Shown: piece by piece, positions 9,425 to 20,363 of the stretch
Layout: each line of letters starts with the position of its first letter
How positions within the stretch are numbered: position 1 is the stretch's first letter
NCBI GenBank assembly: GCA_041697335.1
Contig: JBGUGD010000009.1
Location: 8,029 to 72,028 of the forward strand
DNA: 64,000 bases
Reading direction: 5' to 3'
Source: Vampirovibrionaceae bacterium NZW_1234
Lineage (GTDB): Bacteria > Cyanobacteriota > Vampirovibrionia > Vampirovibrionales > JAGQHJ01
Notes under the pieces: model-generated
Databases searched by the model: none
Seen by the model: the letters and a program-made list of their open reading frames with translations, nothing else
Told to the model about the DNA's origin: nothing
Made by a program: the position numbers and the translations under genes

Positions 9425-9982
9425 TTGAATTATTTCGGAGCAAATCCTCAGCCCTCTTGGAGCACAGGTGGTTATGGAGGCAGCTATGATGCATATAATC
9501 GTCTGAGACCTCAGCAAGGTCTGGAGCCCTCCGGAAGTTATGGCCCTCCTATGGTGTCGCCGGATCCTCTGCCCTTTGCCCAGCAGATTGAACAACAACT
9601 TGCTATTGTCGACTTTTGCTTTCCTGGCTTTACTCCTTTGGACACACAGTTAAAAACTCTGGCGTATCAATCCTTTCAGTTCGAGCCTGAGTCGCCCCAG
9701 GATATGCAAATCCAATCCCAGATGATGGCCTTGACACAAGGCTTGCCGGAGTATCAAGAGCCGCTACGACTGACCTTTAATGCCCTTAAAAGAGCCAAAT
9801 TGGCGAATGTGACAGGTTCTCTCTACACGATTATGGCCAACCTGGACCCGAGCTCCCCAGCGAGTTCCGAAATTCAGAATCGTGTCGCACTCATCCAGCA
9901 GCTGGATCAATCATTGGCTTATGAGCAGCAGACAAGCGCGCAGAATATTATGCAAATGCGCATGCCTCCCTTCTACGCGTAA
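9425..9982 (+). CDS. Hypothetical protein with Gly/Tyr/Pro-rich N-terminus and Gln-rich helical body
   Basis: 185-aa ORF with TTG start after GAGGA, ending at a hairpin. Confidence 0.6.
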   Translation: MNYFGANPQPSWSTGGYGGSYDAYNRLRPQQGLEPSGSYGPPMVSPDPLPFAQQIEQQLAIVDFCFPGFTPLDTQLKTLAYQSFQFEPESPQDMQIQSQMMALTQGLPEYQEPLRLTFNALKRAKLANVTGSLYTIMANLDPSSPASSEIQNRVALIQQLDQSLAYEQQTSAQNIMQMRMPPFYA

Positions 9983-10017
9983 ACGCAAGCACTAAATAAA
10001 ACGTCAGTGCTTGCGTT
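9982..10017. terminator. Probable bidirectional terminator between convergent genes
   Basis: 12-bp inverted repeat AACGCAAGCACT/AGTGCTTGCGTT. Confidence 0.6.
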
Positions 10018-10035
10018 CAAGAACACGATTTTATT

Positions 10036-10539
10036 TTATTGGGCTTGTCGTTGCTTTTGGCCCCATTTTCCATTGTTTTTAAACTGGGCTTTGCATTGTT
10101 CCTTTTTTTGTTGGAACTGGGCAAATTGGTCCGGGGTCAGGACTTGGCGCATCATGGCTTCACGCTTGGTCCGAAGCTGCTCGTGTTGTTGCTTTAACTG
10201 TTGATGGAGCTTTTCCGCTTCAGCAGAATTACCGCCTTGGGCTCTTCTGAGCTCTCGAAGCTGCTTGGCAGACGCTCTCATTTGTTCAATAGACGCCTGG
10301 TTTTCCTGTTTAAACTGAGACCGCTTGGCCTTGAGCTGTTCCTTTTGTGACTGGGTGAGGTTGAGATCTCGCATCATATGGCAGTGCTTGCCATGGTCAT
10401 GCTCACCTTTAAAGTAGGTGTCATGGTGTGGTGTATCCGACGCGTTGCCGGTCCAGTCATCATGATTAGCAAAGCTAAGGCTGGGAATCGTGACCAAAGT
10501 TAACAGGCCGATTGAAAGCGAAAGAATCTGACGGTTCAT
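10036..10539 (-). CDS. Spy/CpxP family periplasmic chaperone
   Basis: Sec signal (MNRQILSLSIGLLTLVTIPSLSFA) and two LTxxQ motifs (LNLTQSQ, VLTPDQ). GGAGG precedes ATG 10539. Confidence 0.85.
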   Translation of the reverse strand: MNRQILSLSIGLLTLVTIPSLSFANHDDWTGNASDTPHHDTYFKGEHDHGKHCHMMRDLNLTQSQKEQLKAKRSQFKQENQASIEQMRASAKQLRELRRAQGGNSAEAEKLHQQLKQQHEQLRTKREAMMRQVLTPDQFAQFQQKKEQCKAQFKNNGKWGQKQRQAQ

Positions 10540-10813
10540 GTATCGGATGCCTCCATAATACTGACTATATGTGAAGATAGAGCCCCATTTGACAGTGATT
10601 TCTGTCATGAAGCAAATAAAAAAGTGGGGATAATCACGAAGACGATCATCTCTTGCAAAAAGTTCATTATAGCGCTAAACCCCTAAAGAGAGTCATTGTG
10701 GTGTCTTTATGAAACCGAGCAGTTGTTCTTGGACAATGTTCTCGATAGGATGGCTACGTCTTGGGGGCCTGTCTCGCAACGGGTCAACGTGATGAGCTTA
10801 AGGAGAGTCGATT

Positions 10814-11752
10814 ATGATGTCGGTATATAGTAGCAGTGCATTGCTGGTGCATTCTTTTTCAACAACGAAATTAATACGTGGGGTAGCATCTCAGTCCCAC
10901 ACGTCTAAAACCCGGTTTTCAAGTCAATCATCTTCAGTAGATCAGACTGATTTTTCGCCCTTGGCGCAGTCGGGCCTATTGCCTCGTCTGGTTAAAGCCG
11001 AAGAAGCTGCCCGCCAAGCCGGAGCGATTATTCGAGCCTATGCCCGGGGCGAGGTCGAGGCTCGGGGAATCACATTCAAAAACGGTGATGAATTGGTTTC
11101 TCATGCCGATAAAGAGGCCGATGCGAAGATTCTGGATATTTTGAAACAGGCCTTTCCCGAGGACGATTTTTTAACGGAAGAAACATTTGATCCGACACGG
11201 TCAACGGCCGTTCGGACCGGTTGGATTATTGATCCGCTGGACGGTACGCGCAATTTTACAGCCAGTATCCCACATTTTGCGGTTTCGATTGCCTATGTTA
11301 AAGATGGCAAGCCTGTGATTGGCGTAGTTTACGATCCCATGAGCGATGAATTGTTTTCGGCCGCTGCCGGACAACCCATGGTCAATAAACGGCCCATGAA
11401 AGTGTCCTCGGCAACCGAGGTTAAAGACACCGTTATATCGATGTGTAATCCCCTACCTGCAGGCTTTATGCAACTCAAAAAGCCCTCTCACCGTCGTCTC
11501 GGTTGCACGGCGTTGGATATGGCCTATGTGGCGGCAGGCCGCCTGGGGGCATCATGTGAACGAAACCTCAAGGTCTGGGACATTGCGGCAGGGATGGCCT
11601 TAGTCGAAGCGGCGGGTGGAAAAGTCACGGACTTTCAAGGCCAGCCTCTGGATTTGACTAAAATTCAAGGCCGGGTAAGTTATGTGGCCTCAAATGGTCC
11701 GTTACACCAAGCAATGTTGGCTTTGGTGGCAGAAGCTCCAGGCAAATCCTAG
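10814..11752 (+). CDS. Inositol monophosphatase family protein with a Ser-rich N-terminal extension
   Basis: WIIDPLDGT, EE and WDIAAG motifs; AAGGAG upstream of the ATG. Confidence 0.9.
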   Translation: MMSVYSSSALLVHSFSTTKLIRGVASQSHTSKTRFSSQSSSVDQTDFSPLAQSGLLPRLVKAEEAARQAGAIIRAYARGEVEARGITFKNGDELVSHADKEADAKILDILKQAFPEDDFLTEETFDPTRSTAVRTGWIIDPLDGTRNFTASIPHFAVSIAYVKDGKPVIGVVYDPMSDELFSAAAGQPMVNKRPMKVSSATEVKDTVISMCNPLPAGFMQLKKPSHRRLGCTALDMAYVAAGRLGASCERNLKVWDIAAGMALVEAAGGKVTDFQGQPLDLTKIQGRVSYVASNGPLHQAMLALVAEAPGKS

Positions 11753-11854
11753 CTGGAGTAAAGAGTCAATGTGATAAACCTCCATGTGGGTGTGGTACCT
11801 TTGTGGCACTATAAAACGATTACAAGTCAACAATGCCACCGGAGGATGCACTCA

Positions 11855-12721
11855 ATGGACTATGCCAATGCGGATGCCTTGATTACGACAGAGCAGCTCG
11901 CTGAATTGCTGGATTCAGAGACGCTTAAAGTGGTTGATGCCACCTGGACGATGCCGAATCAGACGGGTGATGCCAGGGCACAGTATTTGGAAGCCCACCT
12001 ACCCGGGGCGGTGTATTTCGATATTGATGCCATTGCCGACCGGAATACCGATCTGCCGCATATGCTTCCCTCCGCCGAGCTGTTTGCCGAACGAGTCGGA
12101 GCGATGGGTATTTCCAACGATCATCACGTGATCGTCTATGATCGGGCCAAAATGGCCAGTGCGGCTCGGGTGTGGTGGATGTTCAAGACCTTTGGCCACC
12201 GGAAGGTGTCCGTATTGCAAGGTGGGCTTACCCAATGGCAAGCGGAAGGGCGTGAGGTAACTCGTGAGATTCCAACGCCGTTGCCCGTTGTTTACCGGGC
12301 TGACCTTCAAAAAAGTTGGGTCTGGACATGGCAGGATGTTCAGGGAAACCTGACCCATCATGGCGCCCAAGTTGTGGATGCCCGTTCTTCCGGTCGTTTC
12401 TCCGGTATTGATCCGGAACCACGGCAGGTTCCCCGTCTGGGGCATATTCCAGGGAGTGTTAATCTGCCTTGGGATACGCTTTTGGTGCCTGAGACCTCAT
12501 CGATAGATACCGTGGACGGCTTAATCGCTCGTATCGCCCAGGCGGGTATCCCTATGACTTCACCAGTGGTTTGCTCTTGTGGGTCCGGGGTCACCGCATG
12601 TGTCGCTGCCTTGGCATTACATCTTGCAGGGCATCCTGCGGTTGCGGTGTATGATGGTTCCTGGGCCGAGTGGAGCCAGCGTCTGGAGTTACCTGTTGAA
12701 ACCGGAAAGACACCTGTTTAA
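11855..12721 (+). CDS. sseA: 3-mercaptopyruvate sulfurtransferase (tandem rhodanese)
   Basis: HLPGA, LPHMLP, ARVWW, GHIPGS, active loop CGSGVTA and YDGSWAEW. Confidence 0.93.
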   Translation: MDYANADALITTEQLAELLDSETLKVVDATWTMPNQTGDARAQYLEAHLPGAVYFDIDAIADRNTDLPHMLPSAELFAERVGAMGISNDHHVIVYDRAKMASAARVWWMFKTFGHRKVSVLQGGLTQWQAEGREVTREIPTPLPVVYRADLQKSWVWTWQDVQGNLTHHGAQVVDARSSGRFSGIDPEPRQVPRLGHIPGSVNLPWDTLLVPETSSIDTVDGLIARIAQAGIPMTSPVVCSCGSGVTACVAALALHLAGHPAVAVYDGSWAEWSQRLELPVETGKTPV

Positions 12722-12807
12722 GGTTTGTTTGCTTAGAGCAATCGCTCCGGCCAAGAGAAAGGCCTGCTATTAAAGTGATCAGACTCTGGTTTTAGGAACG
12801 ACAGCGC

Positions 12808-13533
12808 TTACTGAACAGGCCTGGGCTGTTGTATATTGTATTTCCGACTCAACGCTTGAATCCGGGATGTGCTGAGTGGATGGCTTTGCAGGAACTCAGG
12901 TGTTAAGCCGCGACTTTGACGTTGAAGAATGTTCAGCACTTCCACGGCAGCCTGTGGATTGTATTGGGCTTGCTGCATCAGTTGAATGCCCAGCTCATCG
13001 GCTTGGTACTCAATGTTTCGGGAGAAATGCTTGTCAATCAGCCCAAGTCCGACACTGTTAATAGCACCCAAAGCGGGGTTGTCCGAGACCATTCGCTCTC
13101 GAACCAGGTAATCCACGACACCCAGCCCTGTTCGTCGAAGGCGGGTTTTGTTGACGTGGTCTGCCAGAATATGCGCCAATTCATGGCCGATGACAAATGC
13201 TTTCTGGTCGTCTGTTTGAAGGGCCTGCATCATTCCAGAGGTTACTACGATGCGTTTGCCATCTGTATAGGCGTTCAGCGTATTGGAGGATTGAACACCG
13301 ATACTGCTGACCAGTTGATCGGGAATTTTATTTGCCTGTTTTAGGCGGCGTAAAATTGCAGCGGCCTCTTGTCGCTGTATATCAATTCGGCTGGTAATCG
13401 ATGTCTGCCGCGAGACATTCCCAAAAATCACCTGGGCCAGAGTTGGTGGCGTAGTGGCTTGTGATGGGACGACGACCGCCATGCCCATATTCAAACTGAG
13501 AACCAATAACAGACCGGAAATCAGCCGCTTCAT
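12808..13533 (-). CDS. Secreted M48 family zinc metallopeptidase
   Basis: Signal peptide, LNAY, HELAH, FSRNIEYQAD and FLQSHP motifs. Confidence 0.92.
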   Translation of the reverse strand: MKRLISGLLLVLSLNMGMAVVVPSQATTPPTLAQVIFGNVSRQTSITSRIDIQRQEAAAILRRLKQANKIPDQLVSSIGVQSSNTLNAYTDGKRIVVTSGMMQALQTDDQKAFVIGHELAHILADHVNKTRLRRTGLGVVDYLVRERMVSDNPALGAINSVGLGLIDKHFSRNIEYQADELGIQLMQQAQYNPQAAVEVLNILQRQSRGLTPEFLQSHPLSTSRIQALSRKYNIQQPRPVQ

Positions 13534-13871
13534 TGTTCACCTCGTCTTGTTGTTCCGCCATCATAGATCGAAGACAATGTTTCGCCCATGAATGCTTAAC
13601 GCTCGCTTGGAATCGCTTTCAAAATTAAAGACGATCGTCTCCAGAGAAGGTTCTTTCTCAGAATGATGCATATTCTAAGGATTCAAAAGAACTCAATTTG
13701 GAAAATAGAGTGAAACAGGTTGTAACAATGAGCATAAAATTGTCGTCAAATTTAAACTTTTTTTGTAAAATCGTTCAGTTCTATTCAGATAGTAGTCTCC
13801 TAGGATTCTGGTTGAGGGACCACGTTTGGGGTTGATATCCGCGATTGCCTAGGTGGGAAGGAAGGTTGATC

Positions 13872-16800
13872 ATGCGAGTCGAATGGATGCCATCGGGATT
13901 CCGTCCTGTCACGAAGGCCACAAAAATACAGCGCGCTGACGATCGTGATCATCAGCTGCCCCAGGCTTTCTCCGCAGGCTATTCTGGTCCAAAAGGCCCG
14001 ACATTGGCCCAATGTGCTAACGTCTTGCCGCTTTACTTTGGAGCGGTTAAAGGTGCCTCCAAGGTATCGTTTCCACGTGGAGTTTCATCCCAGGAAAAGG
14101 CCGTACTGACACGCATTGCCGAACTGAAAGGGGAAACACCCACCTTCCTGGAAGTTCTTGCAAAAGCCCGCCAGTTGGCCAGCAAAATGCAGCACGAGGA
14201 AGTCACACCGCTGCACTTGATGATGGTCCAGATGCAGCAATCCCTTGAGTTTTTGGATTCTGAAGTCCACGACGGCACACCACATAAAATCTACGAATCA
14301 CTCATTCCGGAATTTTTAGGCCATTCCAGCGATGGTGCCAATACACCCAATATTATCAAACTGAATATCAATGGTATTGTGATTCCCGAGCTTCAGAGAA
14401 CACTGAAATCCCTGCCGATGAGCGGGGTAAAGTCGAAAAATCCGCCATTAAGTCCGGCCCTGTTACAGGCCTTGGAAATCACACTGGATCGAATTGGAGA
14501 AGAAGCTGCAAAGTGGGCTCAGCGAACAAAGAATCGTATTGACTACGGGTCGAAGCAGGAAAAAATTGCTGAATTGCTGGAGGAAAAGAAACGATTATTC
14601 CGTAAGCTGCGTAACCCTGAGCCAGAGGCCATCATGGCAAAGCAGGCAGTGGATGCCGCACAAGCCCAAGTGGATATTGCCCAGGATGTTGTTCAGGGCA
14701 TTGCCGATAAATTGTGCAAGACGGTCTTTAAGAAACCCTACAATGCCATTGTCCGGGAAGCCAAAGCCATCGCAACTGCTATGGAAGCTGCCGGTGAGGA
14801 TCAGGAAAAACTTCAGGCGATTGTTCTGCGTCAAGTCGGACTCCAGGCAAAAAACAAGGAGTTGCAGGGTAAATTGGAACAGTATATTGCCCAGCATTAT
14901 CCCAAGGAGTACGGAACCCTCCAGGATGCCCAAAAGCTTCTGAAGGAAACCCACACGACTTATGAACCGCATTTTAAGCGTTTTCAGCGTATGGGTGCCA
15001 AAGCTACTGCAATAGGAAAGGAATACGAACGGTTTAAAGCAGGTATCCGTAAAGCCATGAAGACGGTCCGGAATGAGGACATTCTGACATCGCTGATGCA
15101 GGTCGCCGTTCAACAGGATTTGCCTTACGATTTGGCAAAAGAGCCGACAATCCATGCGACAGGAGAAATGTATCGTGGGTTTTTGGATAGCTTGATGGCG
15201 TCGGCCGGGGGTGGTTCCTTTATCAATCACGATATGGTGGATCGCTTGGGCAAGCAGGCCAAGACCCTGGGTGCCGGTGTCTCCCAGATTAAGCGGTTGG
15301 TCAGTATTGTGGGTGATGCCAAACGTGCAATCGACAGTAAGAATTCGACCCAGGCCAATCGCATTTTGCATTATGCCCGCCTCTACGCGGCAACCCCCTG
15401 GGAGCGCGAAGTCCAGGGACGTAAAGTCGATTGGGACAGAGCCAAGAGCCTGCTCTCACAAAACAGCCTGATTCCTGAGTCGGTGCGACAAAAAATTCTG
15501 GCGTATATTCAGATCGGCAATGAGCATGGCTGGGACAAAGCCCCGGTGTTGATGCTGACTGGCGGCTGGGGACAGCATGTGACCAAGAAAGCGGTCATCC
15601 AGACGCTGGGTACCATTTTGAAAATGCCAACCCATTATGCCCAGGCCGATCAGGTGTTGCCCATTGGGGCCAATGAAAATCGTTCCTCGGCGGATGTCGG
15701 GATGTCCATTCCTGTTCAGGCCGTTCTTGCGACCGGAACTACCCAGACGATGGTGGTTCTGGATAAGGCCGAAGAGTTTATCTATGACAGTGTTTATTCA
15801 CGGACCCAGTTGAACGATATTTTGTCCCTGTCCCGTCGTCAGCAGTTCCAGGATCCCTTCCTGCAAATGGGTGTGGATCTCGCTCCAATGGTCTTTGTGG
15901 CCACCTCTCCGGAACTGGATATCGAGACTCGGGACTACTTGTTTAACGATAAACATGTGTTTGCCGTAGATATGGATCACACGTTATCGGCGAGTGAAAA
16001 GGTGGCAGTCTTGGAAGCTCGTGTGGGCGAACTTCAGAAAGAAACCGGCACCCAGAATCTTAAAATTGATCCGGAAGCCCTCGAGACCCTCGCCAGAGAC
16101 CATACCTTTAGCGGCTTGACTGATGAGTTGGAACACAAGTTAAAGCTGGTTTTGAACAAAGCGTTTGCTCACTGTATTGAGGAATTCGGCAAACCGGTTC
16201 CCATGAAGGTGACCAAAGAAATGATCAAAACCTACCTCGGGGTGCCCGTGTCGATGTCCATGAGCCATGTGATGAACGAGGATGCCGTAGGGGATATCAA
16301 CGGGCTGGCGGCCTTCCCGGGATACAATACGGGGGCGGCAATTCAGATTCAGATTACGGAACTGAAGAAAACCAAACGGTCAAAAACCGATAAGGCCATG
16401 AAGTATCAGATTCATAGTGTGAATGGTCCTGTGGGCGATATGATGAAAGACTCTGCCCAGAAGGCCGTGGAACAATATCTGCTTCATGCCAATGCCCAGT
16501 ACAAGCGCCTAGCCACGGATATGCATAATTATCTGTTTGCCGTAAACTACCTGTCCGAAACAGAAGGGCCCAGCGCCGGTCTGGCCATGTCGGCTGCTCT
16601 GGTCAGCCGGATTTCAGGCATTCCTGTTCGCAAGGATGTGGCCATGACCGGAACCGTCGATGCTCGAGGGAATGCCGGTCAAATCGGCGGAGTCTATGAA
16701 AAGGTTCTCGGCGCTGTCGATACAGGCAAAATCAAAACCGTTCTGGTGCCTCGTATCAATTACGAAGAGCTAAAGCTGGAACATCCACGCGGGTTTGCCA

Positions 16801-16955
16801 AAATTCAACAACGGATAAACGTGATACCTGTTGATAATATGGATCAGGTATTGCGTCATACATTAGTAGACTACGACAAACTTCATGAGCCTGCTCCAGC
16901 AGGGATGTCACGTCGAACCAAACCTGCACCGGCTACAGGCTCCGGAAAGAGATAA
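13872..16955 (+). CDS. Lon (S16)-like protease with Clp-N-like N-terminus, coiled coil and degenerate AAA+ module
   Basis: C-terminal EGPSAG (catalytic Ser), AMTGTVD and IGGVYEK (catalytic Lys). ARQLASKMQHEEVTPLHL resembles a Clp-N repeat. Walker A/B are degenerate. Confidence 0.8.
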   Translation: MRVEWMPSGFRPVTKATKIQRADDRDHQLPQAFSAGYSGPKGPTLAQCANVLPLYFGAVKGASKVSFPRGVSSQEKAVLTRIAELKGETPTFLEVLAKARQLASKMQHEEVTPLHLMMVQMQQSLEFLDSEVHDGTPHKIYESLIPEFLGHSSDGANTPNIIKLNINGIVIPELQRTLKSLPMSGVKSKNPPLSPALLQALEITLDRIGEEAAKWAQRTKNRIDYGSKQEKIAELLEEKKRLFRKLRNPEPEAIMAKQAVDAAQAQVDIAQDVVQGIADKLCKTVFKKPYNAIVREAKAIATAMEAAGEDQEKLQAIVLRQVGLQAKNKELQGKLEQYIAQHYPKEYGTLQDAQKLLKETHTTYEPHFKRFQRMGAKATAIGKEYERFKAGIRKAMKTVRNEDILTSLMQVAVQQDLPYDLAKEPTIHATGEMYRGFLDSLMASAGGGSFINHDMVDRLGKQAKTLGAGVSQIKRLVSIVGDAKRAIDSKNSTQANRILHYARLYAATPWEREVQGRKVDWDRAKSLLSQNSLIPESVRQKILAYIQIGNEHGWDKAPVLMLTGGWGQHVTKKAVIQTLGTILKMPTHYAQADQVLPIGANENRSSADVGMSIPVQAVLATGTTQTMVVLDKAEEFIYDSVYSRTQLNDILSLSRRQQFQDPFLQMGVDLAPMVFVATSPELDIETRDYLFNDKHVFAVDMDHTLSASEKVAVLEARVGELQKETGTQNLKIDPEALETLARDHTFSGLTDELEHKLKLVLNKAFAHCIEEFGKPVPMKVTKEMIKTYLGVPVSMSMSHVMNEDAVGDINGLAAFPGYNTGAAIQIQITELKKTKRSKTDKAMKYQIHSVNGPVGDMMKDSAQKAVEQYLLHANAQYKRLATDMHNYLFAVNYLSETEGPSAGLAMSAALVSRISGIPVRKDVAMTGTVDARGNAGQIGGVYEKVLGAVDTGKIKTVLVPRINYEELKLEHPRGFAKIQQRINVIPVDNMDQVLRHTLVDYDKLHEPAPAGMSRRTKPAPATGSGKR

Positions 16956-16986
16956 CCGGACACATTTCTTCTCTGTTCTCATTCCT

Positions 16987-18111
16987 TTATGGTGCAGCCG
17001 CTTCTGTCCTGGAGGTGGTTTCGGCCAGTTGGCGCCGAATAATGGCGAGGTTGGCTGACGCCATATCGCGCATGTCTTTGGGGGTTTCAGACAAGGTGAG
17101 GTAATTTTCATAAAGCGTTTGTGCTCGGGCCAATTTTTGTTTACCCAAATCAACCTGTCCGTTAGTCATATCGTCGTTACCTGCCAAGCCCAGGGAGCCT
17201 GCTAAAAAAAACTGGGCACTATCCTGGTAATGGCTTGGCAAGGTCTTTAAAGATTTTTCAAGGCTTTCAATGGCTAAGGGGAATGACTTTAACCGATAGG
17301 CACTGACACCAATATAATAGGCAATATAGGGATCCTGGGGATAATAGGTTTCCGCTTTTTTAAAATACGTCAATGCATGTTGATTTTGGTGCTGCTCCAA
17401 ATACGTATAGCCTCTTGAAGCCGCTTCCCGATAGCGCTGGTATCGAGCAAAACTGATGCCGACCGGATTCGTAATATCCGGTTTTAAGGCATACAGGGCT
17501 TTCATTGTGGCAATATCCCGGGGAGAGAGGTGAGTAACCTGAGGCTGAATAATGGGGTACATGATATCGGATTTATTGGGGCTATGGCCTTTAATGCCCA
17601 AGGCATGCCCAATTTCATGAAGAGCAGTGGCGTACAACATGGCGTTGTCCATCTGGGTCTTCTGGGGATTGCGAAGGCTGAGAACGACGTGTGTATCAGT
17701 CAGGGTTTGGGTGACTTTGTTCCAGGAATCTTTAGTGACACCCACGGTTTCACCCTTGGCATCCAACTGCCAGTTGACCAGCAGATCGGTTTCGTAGGGC
17801 GAGCTTGTATAGACAAATCGAAAGCGCGGGTGCATGGCACGTTCCCACTCGGAAAATGCGGATTTCACCAGGGCATCTTTTACGGGGCTCCAGCCAGGGA
17901 CTTTAAAGCCCGGCTGAATGTTGATACGAAGGGTCGTGGTGCTGTCATTCCAGCGAGAAACATAGCGGCCTTCGGCAAGAACCGCGTTTAAATAGGTCTC
18001 TATCGGCTTGGCTGATTTTCCGGGGGAGGTCGCTCCAATGCCAAGATCGTAGAGTCCCGCAGCGAGGATGACAATGAGGGTGATTATAAGCGTGAAACGG
18101 TGTAAAGCCAT
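16987..18111 (-). CDS. Matrixin-like (M10) metalloprotease with C-terminal TPRs
   Basis: HEIGHALGIKGHS plus Met-turn DIMYP, an N-terminal signal/TM helix and TPR-like helices. Confidence 0.9.
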   Translation of the reverse strand: MALHRFTLIITLIVILAAGLYDLGIGATSPGKSAKPIETYLNAVLAEGRYVSRWNDSTTTLRINIQPGFKVPGWSPVKDALVKSAFSEWERAMHPRFRFVYTSSPYETDLLVNWQLDAKGETVGVTKDSWNKVTQTLTDTHVVLSLRNPQKTQMDNAMLYATALHEIGHALGIKGHSPNKSDIMYPIIQPQVTHLSPRDIATMKALYALKPDITNPVGISFARYQRYREAASRGYTYLEQHQNQHALTYFKKAETYYPQDPYIAYYIGVSAYRLKSFPLAIESLEKSLKTLPSHYQDSAQFFLAGSLGLAGNDDMTNGQVDLGKQKLARAQTLYENYLTLSETPKDMRDMASANLAIIRRQLAETTSRTEAAAP

Positions 18112-18309
18112 ACAAACCTGTTTAGAAATTGAAAACGTCATTTTGACATTTGACATCATACGATGGCGAGGGCCATAAGCATCTCCATTAACCAATGGAG
18201 GTTATTGCGATAGGTCCTAAGGTATAGTGAACCATGATGAAGACTCTGGGGCTTTTCTACCCATGAGTAGTATGTCCCCGTTGAGTGAGAGAGAAAAAAG
18301 GGTTAATCG

Positions 18310-20301
18310 ATGTTTGAACGCAATATGGCGCTACTGTCCCAATGGCAACCAGCTGTGAGTCAGCGAGTAATGGCCACTCCCATGAGTGACGAGACCGTGT
18401 TGTTCCGAAAAGATGATGATTCGGATGTGAATCTGGCTTTTAAAGGTGAAGCCCTTCACAATATCGATAACCCGCGTCTGGAAGCGGCTGAGATTTTCGA
18501 AGGCACTGTTCCCGACGATCAACGGTCGGAGCAAAGCCTGGTTTTTCTTTTTGGCTTAGGGTTAGGCTATTTATTACGCTATGCGTTTCTGAACTGCAAA
18601 GGCAATATTATTGTCTATGAACCTTTTCCCGAGGTTCTTCGGATGACCCTGGAAGCCGTGGATTTTACACAGGAGTTGTCTTCCAACCGAGTGCGGATTA
18701 TCACCCAGTACGAGGATTTGGAAGAAGCTGTACGCAAAACTTTTTTAAACGGCGATGCCGTCCATTACCTGACGCTGCCGTCCTATGAGAAAGCGATGCC
18801 GAATCAGGCTCAGCAGATGCTTCAGGGGTTGCAAGACGTGCTCACGGCATCGGCAATGAATCAGCAAACCGTGTTGCAACACATGCATGAGTTTACTCAG
18901 AATGCCTTAAAAAACTTACCCCACATCCTCAAGTATCCCGATGTCGGACTCATCCAGAATACGCTGCAGGGAAAACCGGGAGTTCTGGTTTCAGCCGGAC
19001 CTTCACTGGATGTTCCTGGGGTGCTGGATACGTTAAAAGCTATTCGGGATCATGTGGTGGTCGTGTGTATTGGACAAGCGGCAAAAGCACTGGATAAAGC
19101 CGGTATTGTGCCGGATTTTGTGGTGATTGTCGAAACCAAGGATGTCACATCCCAATTGCAGGACGTGTCATTCTGCAAGGATGTGACCTTGGTAACCCAG
19201 CCCCAGGCCCATGCCAAGGTCTTCCAATTGCCCACCAGGCAAAAGCTGATGTCGTTTAATGAAGGCCATCAAATCACCCATTGGTTATCCAAGATTTCGA
19301 CCAAACCCCTTTTGGCTCATGATCAACAAGGAACTGTGTCCATTACGGCGTTACTGCTGTTACTTGATCTGGGATGCAACCCTATTTTCCTTCTGGGTCA
19401 GGATTTGGCGTGTCCGGATGGAAAGATGTATGCGCAAAACTCCGTCTATCAAAATTGCCGATTCATCTTGCTGGAGGGCAAGCAGAAGCTGGTCTTCATG
19501 GACAACAAGGAGACATTTTTCGGAGTTGAAGGGTACCTTGACGATCAGGAACACTGGCATAAACGCTATCGCTTTGACTTTGGAGGTCCCATTGCCAAAA
19601 CCAAAGGTTGGAATGGAGAAGAGATCTTGAGTCAACGTTCTTATAACAGTTTCCGGGTTTCTTTCGAGGCCATGGTGACTAAATTCCCGAATACTACCTT
19701 TGTGAATTGCTCCGAGGGCGGTGCCTTCATTCATGGGTATGAGCACATGCCCTTCTCCCAAGCCGTTCAAGCTTATGCTGTTAACCAATATAATACCCGG
19801 GCGGAACTCGCCGAGATTCTTGCGAGCAGATATGCTGAAGAGCCGGTAGACGGCACAAAATTCAAACGGGTCTTCGAGTTGTATCAGCGGGATCGGGCTG
19901 AGCTGGAAGAGCTGGCCCAGGCTCTGGAAGCAGGCATGAATCTCGGACAGAAAATCCTCAGTGAGCTTGCCACGCGAAAAGCCCTGACTCATTCTATCCA
20001 AGGTCTGATTCGCAAGTTGGACCAGTGCAATCTGGTAATGACACGAGTCACCAAAAACAATATGCTGTTGAACGATTACATCTGCAACGACCTGATGTTA
20101 TTTGAACAGATGTATGGTCGTCGCATGAATCGGCCTCAGGAGGAATTCCGTTCGGAAGCGGAAGAAATGCTTGAAAACATTGAGAGCAATATGTTCCTGT
20201 TTCAGGCGATCGAAAACGGTCGTCAACGCTTGATCCAGGTACTGGATGAGTCCTTCCGGAATTTTCCGAGAAATGGTTCTCCTCAGGTGGTCCCTGTCTA
20301 G
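18310..20301 (+). CDS. Motility-associated factor (Maf/DUF115) flagellin glycosyltransferase-like protein
   Basis: FGLGLGY, YEP, VSAGPSL, GCNPIFLLGQDLA and NCSEGGA motifs. Confidence 0.85.
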   Translation: MFERNMALLSQWQPAVSQRVMATPMSDETVLFRKDDDSDVNLAFKGEALHNIDNPRLEAAEIFEGTVPDDQRSEQSLVFLFGLGLGYLLRYAFLNCKGNIIVYEPFPEVLRMTLEAVDFTQELSSNRVRIITQYEDLEEAVRKTFLNGDAVHYLTLPSYEKAMPNQAQQMLQGLQDVLTASAMNQQTVLQHMHEFTQNALKNLPHILKYPDVGLIQNTLQGKPGVLVSAGPSLDVPGVLDTLKAIRDHVVVVCIGQAAKALDKAGIVPDFVVIVETKDVTSQLQDVSFCKDVTLVTQPQAHAKVFQLPTRQKLMSFNEGHQITHWLSKISTKPLLAHDQQGTVSITALLLLLDLGCNPIFLLGQDLACPDGKMYAQNSVYQNCRFILLEGKQKLVFMDNKETFFGVEGYLDDQEHWHKRYRFDFGGPIAKTKGWNGEEILSQRSYNSFRVSFEAMVTKFPNTTFVNCSEGGAFIHGYEHMPFSQAVQAYAVNQYNTRAELAEILASRYAEEPVDGTKFKRVFELYQRDRAELEELAQALEAGMNLGQKILSELATRKALTHSIQGLIRKLDQCNLVMTRVTKNNMLLNDYICNDLMLFEQMYGRRMNRPQEEFRSEAEEMLENIESNMFLFQAIENGRQRLIQVLDESFRNFPRNGSPQVVPV

Positions 20302-20363
20302 CACGACCCGGGTGAGCTACATCGCCGTAAAAAACCAAAGAGAGATTTTATGAGGAGAAGCAG

